Origin: Waterburya sp.
GTDB taxonomy: Bacteria; Cyanobacteriota; Cyanobacteriia; Cyanobacteriales; Xenococcaceae
Assembly: GCA_965217895.1 (NCBI GenBank)
Contig: CBDCJV010000002.1
Span: forward strand, 4,928,001 to 4,992,000
Length of the DNA stretch: 64,000 nt
Direction of reading: 5' to 3'
Shown: positions 52,078-63,090 of the stretch, in pieces
Numbering within the stretch: the stretch's first letter is position 1
Layout: the number at the start of each line of letters is the position of its first letter
Notes under the pieces: model-generated
Seen by the model: the letters and a program-made list of their open reading frames with translations, nothing else
Database searches by the model: none
Told to the model about the DNA's origin: nothing
Program-made: the position numbers and the translations under genes

Positions 52078-52551
52078 TTGCCATATTTTTGCCTGTTATG
52101 TTTGAAAGAGGCACTTAACAAGTTGAAAGTCTTACGAACCATTAAAATTAAAGTTCCTAGCAATTTACAATCACTTGATAAAGTGTTGACTGAATTTAAT
52201 CAAATCTATCAGGATTTTATTCCCCTTCGAGATTGGCTACAGTGTAGATTGGCTTTGGCTGAAGGATTTACTAATGCAGTGCGACACGCTCACAAAGATT
52301 TGCCCCCAGATGTCCCAATTAGAATCGAAGTATTTCTCAGTCAAACAGATATAAAAATTGAAATATGGGATTATGGTTCTGCTTTCGATCTAAATAATTT
52401 TATTGTCAAAAATGCTCAAAAAAATAATGATTGGCTTGGAAGTGGTCGTGGAATCTCGATTATGAACAAGATTTGCGATCGCCTAGATTACTACCACACA
52501 GAAAACCAAGAAAATTGCTTAGTAATTGTCAAAGAGTTTGGCAATTACTAG
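52078..52551 (+). CDS. anti-sigma factor-type ATP-binding kinase (RsbW-like)
   Basis: LALAEGFTNAVRH, IWDYG, GRG; start probably TTG 52123. Confidence 0.88.
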   Translation: MPYFCLLCLKEALNKLKVLRTIKIKVPSNLQSLDKVLTEFNQIYQDFIPLRDWLQCRLALAEGFTNAVRHAHKDLPPDVPIRIEVFLSQTDIKIEIWDYGSAFDLNNFIVKNAQKNNDWLGSGRGISIMNKICDRLDYYHTENQENCLVIVKEFGNY

Positions 52552-52623
52552 CTTGATAATGATTCTAATTTGCAGGATGCTAACTAATAGTAAATCCGAT
52601 CAATAAAAACTGCTTAGCTACGT

Positions 52624-53145
52624 CTATTCTTTCATAATAGTATCTTCGATAACTATCGTTTCTTTAGATGATTTATCGATAGGATTAATCGGTTTATAAG
52701 CTGCTTTTTCCTCATCACAATAGCGTAAAAATTGGCTGCTATCTGTAGAATAGGTAATATAGCTATAGGCAATTTTGATGCTGCTACCAATATGAATAAC
52801 GTCTCCAGAAACTAGTCGGTGTAAAGATTTCTTGCTGCCATTGATCGAAATACCGTTACGGCTTCTTTGTCTTTTGCCTTTACCATCAATAATCCAGTAT
52901 GAGTAGTCGCTTTTGTCTCCTCCTTCTGAATATCTCATCCAAGCCACAGTGGCATGATGTCTTGATGCCAAAGCATCATTAATTACTAGATCGTTATGAG
53001 GGTGACGACCTACAGAAAATACATTGACGTTGAGAGAGACAGCCCTTCTCGATTCTGGAGACTCTACAATTAAAACGTGTCTGCCTTTTGCTAAATCGGC
53101 TTTATTTAACTTGACCAAAGTAAGTTTAGGTTTTTTATCAGCCAT
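52624..53145 (-). CDS. FHA domain protein
   Basis: VGR, ASRHHA, SRNG, GD.I; ATG 53145. Confidence 0.85.
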   Translation of the reverse strand: MADKKPKLTLVKLNKADLAKGRHVLIVESPESRRAVSLNVNVFSVGRHPHNDLVINDALASRHHATVAWMRYSEGGDKSDYSYWIIDGKGKRQRSRNGISINGSKKSLHRLVSGDVIHIGSSIKIAYSYITYSTDSSQFLRYCDEEKAAYKPINPIDKSSKETIVIEDTIMKE

Positions 53146-53423
53146 GTGGTTGAAATAGATACTTTTATATCTAACATTGATATTTAAGTAAGGCAGCATC
53201 AAAGATATTTTAAGTATAAATATCTGTTAGTTAGGGGAAAAATAAAATGCTGATATTTAGCAAAACAAATATTTAAATATAGAATTATGATAATTTACTT
53301 ATTTTCTTTATTCTAGTCTAAAAAAATTGATCGGCAAGAATATTTGCTCTTTCAAAAGTGAACTTGATTTACCTATAAAATGTCATCGGTAAAATTATGT
53401 AATTTTTAAACCTATAAGTAGAA

Positions 53424-54767
53424 TCAATGAGAAACTAAGGGCGTACAATGAACTTTGAATCCTGCCTCTTGTAAAGATGCTATAGCTTGGGATTCATTTT
53501 GCACCCAAAATTTCTGTCCAAAGCGAATAAACTGTCTTTGTTCTCCTTGACCGATCGCTGCAATTACAGGGATTTTAAACTTATTTTGTTCTTGAGACTG
53601 TTCTGCTAAAATTCTTTTTAAATAATTACTTTGTACCCGATCCAAAGCTTGTTCTGGAGTAATTTCTAGCACGATCATTCTAACTTGTTCTATTTCTTCA
53701 GCATCATCAATAATTAGCTGATATTTATCATTTCGCTGTTGTGCTTTCCCCCAAACAATTAATTGCTTACCCTCTGCCAACAAGGGTTCTAAATCCTGGT
53801 AAGTACTGGGAAAAATTGTTCCCTCTGCTTCCCCTGTAATGTCTTCCATCTGTACAAAAGCCATGCGATCGCCTTTTTTAGTTGTAATCTTGCGAACAGA
53901 ATTCAACATGACTACCGCACTAATTTTTTCTCTAGCTTTTTGCTCTGATAATTCGCTTAGACTAATCGGAGATAAAATTTGTGCTGCTTGATAAACTGCC
54001 TGGAGAGGATGATCGCTGATATAAAAACCAATATATTCTTTTTCTAAACGAAGTTTTTCCTGTAGGGGATAATCTTCAGTTTTAGAAGTGCTAGGTGCTT
54101 GTTCAAAAGCTGCTTGAGACTTTGACTCACCACCACTATTCATTATGTCAAACAGATTAAGTTGACCACTGGCTTTTTCTTTGTGGCGTTTTTGCGCCCA
54201 AGATGTCAGCACATCAATATCATTAATCAACTGCCGACGATTAGACTCTAGCAAATCGAAAGCACCACAGTATATTAGTGTTTCCAATGCTCGACGATTG
54301 ACAGTACGTAATTCCACTCTTTCGCAAAAATCTGCTAAGGATTTGAACTCACCGTCTGCACTCCTTGCCATCAGAATATTTTCGATCGCACCCTGTCCTA
54401 AATTCTTAACTGCCGATAAACCAAAAAGAATATGATTATTGTTCAGAGGAGTAAAGTCTTCTTCTGAGCGATTAATGTCGGGAGGTAAAATCTTGATTCC
54501 CATTTTCTGAGAATTTTCCCGATATTTATCGACTTTCTCCTGATTACCACTACTAGCAGTCAGCAAAGCCGACATATACTCTACGGGATAGTTAGCTTTG
54601 AGGTAGGCAGTTTGATAAGTTACATAGGCGTAAGCAGTGGAATGGGATTTGTTGAAGCAATTAGATGCCACCATGCCATTAGCTAGCAAAAAATTATGGT
54701 CTTGAGCTACACCAAGATCGTATACGGTTTGTTTACCTAATGATTGACGACTGACAATTTTTACCAT
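53424..54767 (-). CDS. dnaE: DNA polymerase III alpha, C-terminal half with split intein C-part
   Basis: 36-aa Int-C MVKIVSRQSLGKQTVYDLGVAQDHNFLLANGMVASN then extein CFNKSHS. Confidence 0.96.
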   Translation of the reverse strand: MVKIVSRQSLGKQTVYDLGVAQDHNFLLANGMVASNCFNKSHSTAYAYVTYQTAYLKANYPVEYMSALLTASSGNQEKVDKYRENSQKMGIKILPPDINRSEEDFTPLNNNHILFGLSAVKNLGQGAIENILMARSADGEFKSLADFCERVELRTVNRRALETLIYCGAFDLLESNRRQLINDIDVLTSWAQKRHKEKASGQLNLFDIMNSGGESKSQAAFEQAPSTSKTEDYPLQEKLRLEKEYIGFYISDHPLQAVYQAAQILSPISLSELSEQKAREKISAVVMLNSVRKITTKKGDRMAFVQMEDITGEAEGTIFPSTYQDLEPLLAEGKQLIVWGKAQQRNDKYQLIIDDAEEIEQVRMIVLEITPEQALDRVQSNYLKRILAEQSQEQNKFKIPVIAAIGQGEQRQFIRFGQKFWVQNESQAIASLQEAGFKVHCTPLVSH

Positions 54768-54946
54768 GACTTTTCATTTATCATTGAGCATTTATCATTA
54801 ACAATTGACCCCGTCTCAAGATGATAGAGAACCAGTATTTAGGTTACAAGTTATAAATCACAGTCAATCTGCAGAGACAGACAGGACTTAGGATCGCTAG
54901 AATTATAGTTTATTAAAATACTTTTATTAAATTTGGGGCAACGCCT

Positions 54947-56653
54947 ATCGACACTATATACGGTAAATATAAAGGATTAAAATCAAGTCAACTCAAGCAG
55001 CTAAAAAAACTTTATCATCAGAAGTTGCCTGGGGATACTATTGTGACGACCGAGTTCGCTCAAAGGTTGGCTGCCATTAGCACAGATATTAATCAACCAG
55101 TCTGCACCTATTTTAATCGTCGTGGACAGGCAATTAGAGTCGGCGTAGGCAATGCCCATCAGACACAAATTCCGCCTCTAGAATTGCCTCGTTATGGTGC
55201 CAAGCGTCTTTCAGGGATTCGCTGTATTGTCACTAAGCTTAAGCCAGAGCCACCTAAAGAATCTAGCTTGACGGCAATGGTATGTCAAAGGCTAGATGCT
55301 CTGGCTGTATTGACCCTAACTGGTGCAGGTAAATTAAAAAGAGGTGGAGGGGCAACTGGCTATATTCAAGATACTTATCTAGCTCATTTGTTACCTCAAT
55401 CGGCAGTAAATCAAGCAGAACAAGAGTATTGGTCGGTATCTAAGCCGATGAATTTGGAAGCTTTAAGTGGACAGAATTTTCTAGATTTAGTCGAAGGCTT
55501 AGAGGCAGAATTTGAACGGGAATATGTGGCACAGCAAGTAGATATCAACCACGATCGCGTAGTTATGGTTGGTTTGCAGGTAGACAAGACTGGCGATCAA
55601 GAATTTGAAGATCGCTTAAATGAGCTTGTAGGGCTGGTGGACACCGCAGGAGGAGAAGTCTTAGAAATAGTTCGTCAAAAGCGATCACGCCCCCATCCTC
55701 AAACCTTAGTCGGGGAAGGTAAGGTACAGGAAATTGCCCTACGGGTGCAAACCCTTGGGGCAAGCTTAGTAGCATTCGATCGCTCACTCTCCCCTGCTCA
55801 AATTCGTAATTTAGAGGCTCAATTTGGCATACGGGTAGTCGATCGCACTGAAATTATTCTCGATATCTTTGCTCAACGCGCTCAATCTCGTGCAGGGAAG
55901 CTACAGGTAGAGTTAGCGCAACTGGAGTATATGTTACCCCGCCTTATAGGAAGGGGACAGGCAATGTCTCGTCTTGGTGGCGGTATTGGGACAAGAGGAC
56001 CTGGGGAAACTAAGTTAGAAACCGAAAGGCGAAGTATTCAAAAGCGAATTGCCCGTTTGCAGGGAGAAGTAAATGAATTACAGGCTCATCGTTCGCGGAT
56101 GCGCCAGCAGCGTCAAAAACAAGATGTTCCTAGTATCGCGATCGTCGGTTATACTAACGCGGGTAAATCTACGCTAATTAATGCTTTAACCAACTCTGAA
56201 GTCTATGTAGCCAATCAGTTATTTGCCACCCTAGATCCTACTACCCGTCGCTTATCTATTCCCGATGCCGATACGGGTGAACCAAGAAATATGCTCTTGA
56301 CTGATACAGTGGGCTTTATTCAACAGCTACCACCGCCACTAGTAGATGCTTTTCGCGCCACCCTCGAAGAAGTCACCGAAGCAGATGCTTTGATTCATGT
56401 TGTGGATTTATCCCATCCAACGTGGGAAAGTCAAATCCGTTCAGTGATGGAAATTTTAGGGCAAATGGCGATCGCACCAGGTCCAATATTACTAGTGTTT
56501 AATAAGTTAGACCAAGTAGATAGTCAGGCTTTAGCTAAGGCAAAAGATGAATTTCCCTTGGCTTTATTTATCTCTGCCAGCGATCGCCTGGGACTGGAAA
56601 CTCTTCGGCAAAAGCTATCTTTATTGGTTGATTTTGCAGGGGTAGGGGATTAG
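54947..56653 (+). CDS. hflX: GTPase HflX
   Basis: GYTNAGKST, LFATLD, DTVG, NKLD; N-terminus extended to ATC 54947 (track start 55025). Confidence 0.93.
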   Translation: MDTIYGKYKGLKSSQLKQLKKLYHQKLPGDTIVTTEFAQRLAAISTDINQPVCTYFNRRGQAIRVGVGNAHQTQIPPLELPRYGAKRLSGIRCIVTKLKPEPPKESSLTAMVCQRLDALAVLTLTGAGKLKRGGGATGYIQDTYLAHLLPQSAVNQAEQEYWSVSKPMNLEALSGQNFLDLVEGLEAEFEREYVAQQVDINHDRVVMVGLQVDKTGDQEFEDRLNELVGLVDTAGGEVLEIVRQKRSRPHPQTLVGEGKVQEIALRVQTLGASLVAFDRSLSPAQIRNLEAQFGIRVVDRTEIILDIFAQRAQSRAGKLQVELAQLEYMLPRLIGRGQAMSRLGGGIGTRGPGETKLETERRSIQKRIARLQGEVNELQAHRSRMRQQRQKQDVPSIAIVGYTNAGKSTLINALTNSEVYVANQLFATLDPTTRRLSIPDADTGEPRNMLLTDTVGFIQQLPPPLVDAFRATLEEVTEADALIHVVDLSHPTWESQIRSVMEILGQMAIAPGPILLVFNKLDQVDSQALAKAKDEFPLALFISASDRLGLETLRQKLSLLVDFAGVGD

Positions 56654-56704
56654 TTATCTAGCCGTACAAGCTTAGATTAGGATACATAACCTATCTCTGC
56701 TCGA

Positions 56705-56728
56705 AAGTAGCAGATAGCAAGTAGCAAG
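56705..56728. repeat. heptamer tandem repeat (AAGTAGC/AGATAGC, STRR-like)
   Basis: AAGTAGC AGATAGC AAGTAGC AAG; same unit as the arms of the 32720 element. Confidence 0.55.
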
Positions 56729-56761
56729 CAAATAAACAATGTAATTAGTAATTAAAACTTG

Positions 56762-57025
56762 CTACTTGAGATAAATATGTTCAACAAAGTCAGCTACAGC
56801 ACCCAGAACTGGTGACAAAACAACTACGGTTGCTGCACCAATAATGATTGTCCTAGAAGTACTACCCTGTTCTTTAACCAACTGAAAAAATCTTTCATCC
56901 CATCGCTTAACTTCAGTTTCAATTCGCTTATTTGTCTCGCGAATATCTTGGTCTAATTTATCTAGCCGAGAATTACTTAACTCCACTAGAGTTAATATTT
57001 TAGTCAATTGTTCTTGCTCAGTCAT
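56762..57025 (-). CDS. small coiled-coil/TM hypothetical protein
   Basis: EVKRWDERFFQ plus C-terminal TM; ATG 57025. Confidence 0.6.
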   Translation of the reverse strand: MTEQEQLTKILTLVELSNSRLDKLDQDIRETNKRIETEVKRWDERFFQLVKEQGSTSRTIIIGAATVVVLSPVLGAVADFVEHIYLK

Positions 57026-57122
57026 AAAATCTCTTTCAATTAAAAGCGCGATCGCATTTTCTAAGTCACAGATTATCATCCGCTTTTTTTGCTGCAACAA
57101 TTTTGGCAACGTCTAGATAGAT

Positions 57123-57157
57123 AAAAAAGGTAGAAATTTTTACATTTCTACCTTTTT
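57123..57157 (-). terminator. clpC terminator (possibly bidirectional)
   Basis: AAAAAGGTAGAAAT/ATTTCTACCTTTTT stem with A/T tails. Confidence 0.8.
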
Positions 57158-57191
57158 AAACTATTAAACTAATTTAACGATTATTTATCGC

Positions 57192-59663
57192 TTACGAAGA
57201 GGGAAGTAATTCAATCTTCTCTTTTTGCGGTATGATTGCTACCTTGTTTTCTTCGTCGATATCTACCGTTGCACTATCTCCCTCGCTCAAACGACCAGTA
57301 AGTATCTCTTCAGCTAAAACATCTTCTAGAAGACGCATAATTGCTCGACGTAAAGGACGCGCACCGTAGGAAGGATTGTAACCTTCATCTACAAGTCGAT
57401 CTTTAAATTTGTCGGTAACTTCTAGAGTAATATCTTTTTCAGTTAAGCGTTGGAATACTTCTTTGAGTAAGAGTTCGCTGATTTCTTTTACTTCGTCTTT
57501 GTTTAGCTGGCGGAAGACAATAATTTCATCAAGACGATTGAGGAACTCTGGGCGGAAGTAGCTTTTTAGCTCTTCATTAACCAGCGAACGGATACGGTTG
57601 TATTGAGATTCTGCTTGATCGTCAGCAAACTCAAAACCAAGACCGCCACCACCTTTTTCAATCACCTTGGAGCCAATGTTAGAGGTCAAAATTAAGAGGG
57701 TATTCTTAAAGTCTACTGTTCTACCTTTGGCATCAGTTAGGCGACCATCCTCAAGTATCTGCAAGAGCATATTGAAGATATCGGGGTGTGCTTTCTCAAT
57801 CTCATCAAATAATACGACTGTATAGGGACGACGACGAACTGCTTCGGTTAGCTGTCCACCTTCGTTGTAGCCGACATATCCTGGAGGCGAACCAATCAGT
57901 TTAGAAACTGTATGGCGTTCCATATATTCAGACATATCAAGGCGAATCATTGCGTCTTCCGAACCAAAGAAGTAAGTTGCTAAAGCTTTGGTAAGCTCGG
58001 TTTTACCCACACCAGTCGGACCAGAGAAGATAAAGCTAGCGATAGGACGGTTAGGATTTTTTAGACCAACTCTAGCTCTTCTAATGGCGCGAGAAGTAGC
58101 TTTAACCGCATCTTCCTGCCCGATAATGCGCTGATGAAGGGTGTCCTCCATGTGCATTAGTTTTTCGGACTCAGATTCAGTAATCTTATTGACTGGAACT
58201 CCTGTCCAAGAAGCGACAATGTGAGCGATTTCCTCTTCATCGACAAAGGGAGACTCCTCTGTGCCATCTTCTTCGTTTTTCTTGGTTGAAGCAATATTGC
58301 GAATTTGCTCTTTAATTTCCATTTCGCGATCGCGCAGTTCTCCTGCCTGATCGAAGTCTTGGGATCTTACCGCGTCGTCTTTTTGCTTAAGAATTTCTCG
58401 TAGTTCCTTGTCTAGCTCTTTGGCTGCGGGAGGAAGTTGAGAATTAATCAAGCGGACGCGAGAACCAGCTTCATCAATTAAATCGATCGCCTTATCTGGT
58501 AAAAAGCGATCGCTGATATAGCGATCTGATAGCTTGGCTGCTGCTACTAATGCTTCATCTAATATTTTTAATTTATGGTGTTGCTCATAACGCTCGCGCA
58601 AACCATAAAGGATTTCGATAGTTTCATCTACCGATGGTTCACCAACCTGTACGGGTTGGAAACGACGCTCTAATGCAGCATCTCGTTCAATATGCTTACG
58701 ATATTCGTCGAGGGTGGTAGCACCAATACACTGTAGTTCTCCCCTCGCCAAGGCTGGCTTAAGGATATTTGCAGCATCAATCGCGCCTTCGGCTGCACCA
58801 GCACCAATCAAAGTATGTACCTCATCAATTACCAGAATTACGTTTCCAGCCTGACGAATTTCATCCATGATTTTTTTAAGGCGTTCCTCAAATTCACCAC
58901 GGTACTTTGTACCAGCTACCAGTAAACCAATATCTAGAGTAACAACCCGTTTTTCTTCTAAAATATCGGGAATATCTCTATTGGCAATGCGTTGTGCCAG
59001 TCCTTCGGCGATCGCTGTTTTACCCACCCCAGGTTCACCAATCAGAACGGGATTATTTTTGGTACGACGACCAAGAATCTGAATTACGCGCTCGATTTCT
59101 TTTTGTCTACCCACAACAGGATCGAGTTTACCTTCTCCTGCCATTTGGGTCAGATTTGAGCCAAATTCATCGAGGGTAGGAGTTTTATTTCTGCCTGGTG
59201 TACCACCAGAACCAGCAGCCACTTCGGCAGTTTCTCCTAACATTCTGATTACTTGAGTGCGGACTTTCGACAAGTCTACGCCTAGGTTTTCGAGGACTCG
59301 CGCCGCAACTCCTTCCCCTTCTCTAATCAATCCTAAAAGAAGATGTTCTGTACCAATATAGTTATGACCTAACTGGCGTGCCTCTTCTAAGGATAATTCC
59401 AGAACTCTTTTAGCTCTGGGAGTAAAAGGAATTTCCACGGCGACAAAACCAGAACCGCGCCCGATAATTTTCTCAACTTCGATCCGAGCATCTTTAAGAT
59501 TAACTCCCATCGACTTGAGAACTTTGGCAGCGACTCCAGTTCCCTCTCCGATTAAACCTAAGAGGATTTGTTCTGTGCCTACGAAATTATGACCCAAGCG
59601 GCGTGCTTCCTCTTGGGCTAACATAATTACTTTTATTGCCTTTTCTGTGAAGCGTTCAAACAT
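57192..59663 (-). CDS. clpC: ATP-dependent Clp protease ATPase subunit
   Basis: [10 protein letters not shown], two AAA modules ([16 protein letters not shown]), GLGF ClpP-binding loop. Confidence 0.97.
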   Translation of the reverse strand: MFERFTEKAIKVIMLAQEEARRLGHNFVGTEQILLGLIGEGTGVAAKVLKSMGVNLKDARIEVEKIIGRGSGFVAVEIPFTPRAKRVLELSLEEARQLGHNYIGTEHLLLGLIREGEGVAARVLENLGVDLSKVRTQVIRMLGETAEVAAGSGGTPGRNKTPTLDEFGSNLTQMAGEGKLDPVVGRQKEIERVIQILGRRTKNNPVLIGEPGVGKTAIAEGLAQRIANRDIPDILEEKRVVTLDIGLLVAGTKYRGEFEERLKKIMDEIRQAGNVILVIDEVHTLIGAGAAEGAIDAANILKPALARGELQCIGATTLDEYRKHIERDAALERRFQPVQVGEPSVDETIEILYGLRERYEQHHKLKILDEALVAAAKLSDRYISDRFLPDKAIDLIDEAGSRVRLINSQLPPAAKELDKELREILKQKDDAVRSQDFDQAGELRDREMEIKEQIRNIASTKKNEEDGTEESPFVDEEEIAHIVASWTGVPVNKITESESEKLMHMEDTLHQRIIGQEDAVKATSRAIRRARVGLKNPNRPIASFIFSGPTGVGKTELTKALATYFFGSEDAMIRLDMSEYMERHTVSKLIGSPPGYVGYNEGGQLTEAVRRRPYTVVLFDEIEKAHPDIFNMLLQILEDGRLTDAKGRTVDFKNTLLILTSNIGSKVIEKGGGGLGFEFADDQAESQYNRIRSLVNEELKSYFRPEFLNRLDEIIVFRQLNKDEVKEISELLLKEVFQRLTEKDITLEVTDKFKDRLVDEGYNPSYGARPLRRAIMRLLEDVLAEEILTGRLSEGDSATVDIDEENKVAIIPQKEKIELLPSS

Positions 59664-59782
59664 GACTTATTTCCATCCACCTGCTGCTTGCCCTTGTTAT
59701 GGTGATTTTAGCACAGCCTTTTAGTTTCCTGACTCTGCCTATAAGTTGGGGAATTGCGGTATAAAAGTTAACAATTATTATT

Positions 59783-60379
59783 TTAATTCAATTGGCATTG
59801 GTTGTGCCGTAAGCGATCGCCTAAATTTTCCTGCCATTGAGATAAACTAAGCTGAAAAGTGTCTGACTGTATTTCATTTCTCCACAGGATCAAAGCATCG
59901 TCTCCAGTTTTTTGATAGTAATTTTTACGTTTTCCTGCAACTTGGAAACCAAATTTTTGATACAGATTAAATGCTTGAGAATTATTAACATTGACTTCTA
60001 AAGTTGCTCGTTCCATCTTTCTGGCGATCGCTTTTGTTAGCAAAGTTAATAACAGTAATTGCCCAAATCCTTGGCGACGATAGTCAGGATCGACTCCCAG
60101 TAAGGTAATATGAGCTTCTTCCATAATTGCCCACAGACAAGCCAAACCAATGATTTGGCTGTGGGTAGTTTCTGCTTCATCCTCAGCAAGATGTAAAGCA
60201 ATCAAATCGCTGTTGGGACTATCAATTTCTCTAAGATAAGCTTCTGCTGTCCATAAGCCACCAAAACAAACCCGATCTAAATTCACTATCTCAGGCACTT
60301 GAGGTGTGGTTATTGCTGCAATTTTTATAATTTTCACCACTAAAAAAACTTTTGGTTGAGGTAACAAGCCAATAGCCAA
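59783..60379 (-). CDS. rimI: ribosomal-protein N-acetyltransferase
   Basis: EAHITLL, RRQGFG, TLEV, RKNYY; adjacent to clpC. Confidence 0.88.
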   Translation of the reverse strand: MAIGLLPQPKVFLVVKIIKIAAITTPQVPEIVNLDRVCFGGLWTAEAYLREIDSPNSDLIALHLAEDEAETTHSQIIGLACLWAIMEEAHITLLGVDPDYRRQGFGQLLLLTLLTKAIARKMERATLEVNVNNSQAFNLYQKFGFQVAGKRKNYYQKTGDDALILWRNEIQSDTFQLSLSQWQENLGDRLRHNQCQLN

Positions 60380-60467
60380 TAGCTTTTACCTATTTTTTGA
60401 CATCACCTAGACTGTAAACTAGAAAATAAGAAATAATATAACTTTACTAACCACCCAAAAAGAAATT

Positions 60468-61877
60468 ATGCTTCGGAGCGATCGCAGTTTACCAAATACG
60501 GGACACCGTTATGTTCCTCAAATTACCAGTTTAGACATTCCTCCTTCCCCTAATCAAGAACTACTACCTTTAACTGCCAAAATCAACAGCAAAGATAATT
60601 TGTCAATCGGTGACTGTGAAATTCAACAGTTAGTTCAACAGTACGGTTCTCCTCTATACATACTGGATGAATTTACCCTCAGAACAGCCTGCCGCCAATA
60701 TCGAGATAGCTTTAATACCTACTACGGTGGTGAATCCCAGGTGATTTATGCTTCTAAAGCCTGGAGTTGTCTTGGGGTATGTCGTATTATTGATAGTGAA
60801 GGCTTGGGTTTTGATGTAGTGTCTGGAGGAGAGCTTTTTACTACAATTAAAGCAGGAGTTGGCAAAGAACAAATTTATTTCCACGGCAATAATAAATCGA
60901 TTGCTGAATTAGAATTTGCCGTAGAAACTGGCTGCACAATTATGGTAGATAACCGGCTAGAATTAAAAACTTTAGCTCAAATTGCCTCAGACAAAAGCAG
61001 CCAGCCCGTACCAATTATGGTGCGTCTGACTCCTGGGATTGAATGCCACACTCATGAATATATTCGTACAGGACACCTAGACAGTAAATTTGGTTTCGAT
61101 CCTAATCAGCTAGATGAAGTATTTACTTATTTAAGTCAACAAGCTAGTCTTAGCTGTATCGGCTTGCACGCTCATATCGGCTCACAAATTTTTGAGCGTC
61201 AACCTCATCAAGATTTAGCAGAAGTTTTGGTTGACTGGATGCAAAAAGCTCAGGGATATGGCTTACCAGTAACAACTCTTAACGTAGGTGGTGGTTTGGG
61301 TATTTGTTATACCGAATCTGACGATCCTCCAAGCATTTCTGAATGGGTAAAAGCGGTTAGTACTGCCGTAGAAAACGCCTGTAACAAAGTTGGCTTGGCT
61401 CTTCCTAAATTAATGGCTGAACCTGGGCGATCTCTAATTGGTTCTGCCTGTGTCACTGCTTATACCGTTGGCAGTCGCAAAGAAATTCCTAATTTTCATA
61501 CTTATGTTGCAGTAGATGGAGGGATGTCTGATAACCCTCGTCCGATTACCTATCAATCGGTTTATCATGCAGTGGTAGCCAATAAAATGTCTGCCCCCAT
61601 TACAGAAGAGGTAACAGTAGCGGGTAAGCACTGTGAATCTGGAGATATAATCATTAAAGATGCCGCTTTACCCGAAACTGAACCAGGAGATGTTTTAGTG
61701 GTAATGGATACGGGAGCATACAATTACAGTATGGCATCTAATTACAATCGTATTGGTAGACCCGCAGCAGTAGTAGTTTACGAAGGGGAGGCAAACTTAA
61801 TTATTGAAAGAGAATCTTATCAAAATTTAATCGAACGCGATCGCCTTCCCGAAAGACTGGTAAAACATAAAAAGTAG
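60468..61877 (+). CDS. lysA: diaminopimelate decarboxylase
   Basis: YASKA, HIGSQ, EPGR, CESGD, GAY.YSM.SNYN. Confidence 0.96.
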   Translation: MLRSDRSLPNTGHRYVPQITSLDIPPSPNQELLPLTAKINSKDNLSIGDCEIQQLVQQYGSPLYILDEFTLRTACRQYRDSFNTYYGGESQVIYASKAWSCLGVCRIIDSEGLGFDVVSGGELFTTIKAGVGKEQIYFHGNNKSIAELEFAVETGCTIMVDNRLELKTLAQIASDKSSQPVPIMVRLTPGIECHTHEYIRTGHLDSKFGFDPNQLDEVFTYLSQQASLSCIGLHAHIGSQIFERQPHQDLAEVLVDWMQKAQGYGLPVTTLNVGGGLGICYTESDDPPSISEWVKAVSTAVENACNKVGLALPKLMAEPGRSLIGSACVTAYTVGSRKEIPNFHTYVAVDGGMSDNPRPITYQSVYHAVVANKMSAPITEEVTVAGKHCESGDIIIKDAALPETEPGDVLVVMDTGAYNYSMASNYNRIGRPAAVVVYEGEANLIIERESYQNLIERDRLPERLVKHKK

Positions 61878-61967
61878 ACTTAGTATATAAGCTAGCGTAC
61901 TTTGTTTTAGTTGCTGGTATTAGTATTTAAGAGAGCTTAAAGCTTTTGCCAAATGTAATTTGATACC

Positions 61968-62936
61968 TTGAATTTCGAGGTTTTTGTCCCGCTAACCATT
62001 TACAGCAAATTAATTAAAATAATGTCATTGTCGGGTTTTGTTCCTGACTTAAATCGGGTTTCCTGGTTGCCAGATCTAATCAATATCATCGATCTAGGCT
62101 TAGTTCTAGCTTTAAGTTATGCCCTACTGCTAATTATTGGCGAGGGAGAACGTCGTAGCCTTTGGATGGTAAGAGGCTTTATCGTCCTAATGCTGGCAAC
62201 GGTAGTCAGTGGACAACTAGAGCTAAACCTACTCAAATTTCTCTTAGAAAAATTAGTCTTAGGTTCTGCCGTGGCTATGGCAGTAATTTTTCAGTCGCAA
62301 TTTCGCCGTCTTTTAGAGCAAATTGGCAGAGGAGAAATTTTACAGTTATTCAAAGGTTCAGGTAGACCAAAAACCCAATCAGACAGCGTAGTCGAGCGTA
62401 TTGTAGAAGCAATTAAAGAACTATCCCAGAACCGTACAGGCGCACTGGTGCTAATGGAAACCACTGGCTCTTTAGAGGAAGAAGATTTTGTGTCTCCAGG
62501 AGTGGATTTGAATGCAGAAGTTTCTAAAGAACTTTTGCAAACTATCTTTCAAACCAGCACTTTGTTACATGATGGTGCAGTATTAATTAGTGGTTCTCGC
62601 ATCCTGGCAGCAGCAGTAATCTTACCGCTTTCAGAAAGAACCGCATCTCGACAGTTAGGCACTCGTCACCGTGCAGCAATGGGAATCACCGAAAGAATAG
62701 ACAAGTGCCTGTGTATTGTTGTCTCAGAAGAAACTGGTTCGATCTCCTTAGCTGAAAAAGGAACGTTAAATAGACCCCTAACCAGTAGTAAACTAAAAGA
62801 GCTATTACAGGCGAGATTTGCCCCTGTAGTAGAGCGGGATGCAGTGCGTCTTAGTCGTAAACTTGGGTTTCAGGGAAAAGTTTTATTAGAGCGCATTAGG
62901 CGTTGGCGATCGCCTGATTCTCGTAAAAAAAATTAA
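61968..62936 (+). CDS. cdaA: diadenylate cyclase
   Basis: TM helices, LHDGA and GTRHRAA motifs. Confidence 0.92.
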   Translation: MNFEVFVPLTIYSKLIKIMSLSGFVPDLNRVSWLPDLINIIDLGLVLALSYALLLIIGEGERRSLWMVRGFIVLMLATVVSGQLELNLLKFLLEKLVLGSAVAMAVIFQSQFRRLLEQIGRGEILQLFKGSGRPKTQSDSVVERIVEAIKELSQNRTGALVLMETTGSLEEEDFVSPGVDLNAEVSKELLQTIFQTSTLLHDGAVLISGSRILAAAVILPLSERTASRQLGTRHRAAMGITERIDKCLCIVVSEETGSISLAEKGTLNRPLTSSKLKELLQARFAPVVERDAVRLSRKLGFQGKVLLERIRRWRSPDSRKKN

Positions 62937-62965
62937 AATCATTAAAATTGAGTTTATGCTTTTTT

Positions 62966-63003
62966 CTAAAAGCTAAAAGCTAATAGCTAAAAGCTAATAG
63001 CTA
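62966..63003. repeat. STRR-like heptamer array CTAA(A/T)AG x5
   Basis: CTAAAAG CTAAAAG CTAATAG CTAAAAG CTAATAG. Confidence 0.8.
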
Positions 63004-63090
63004 CGAACCAGTAAATTTTGAACGAAGCTATTTCACACGCTTACTATAGTTAATGTTTAATGATAAATGTTCCCTGTTCAATGTTAAAAG

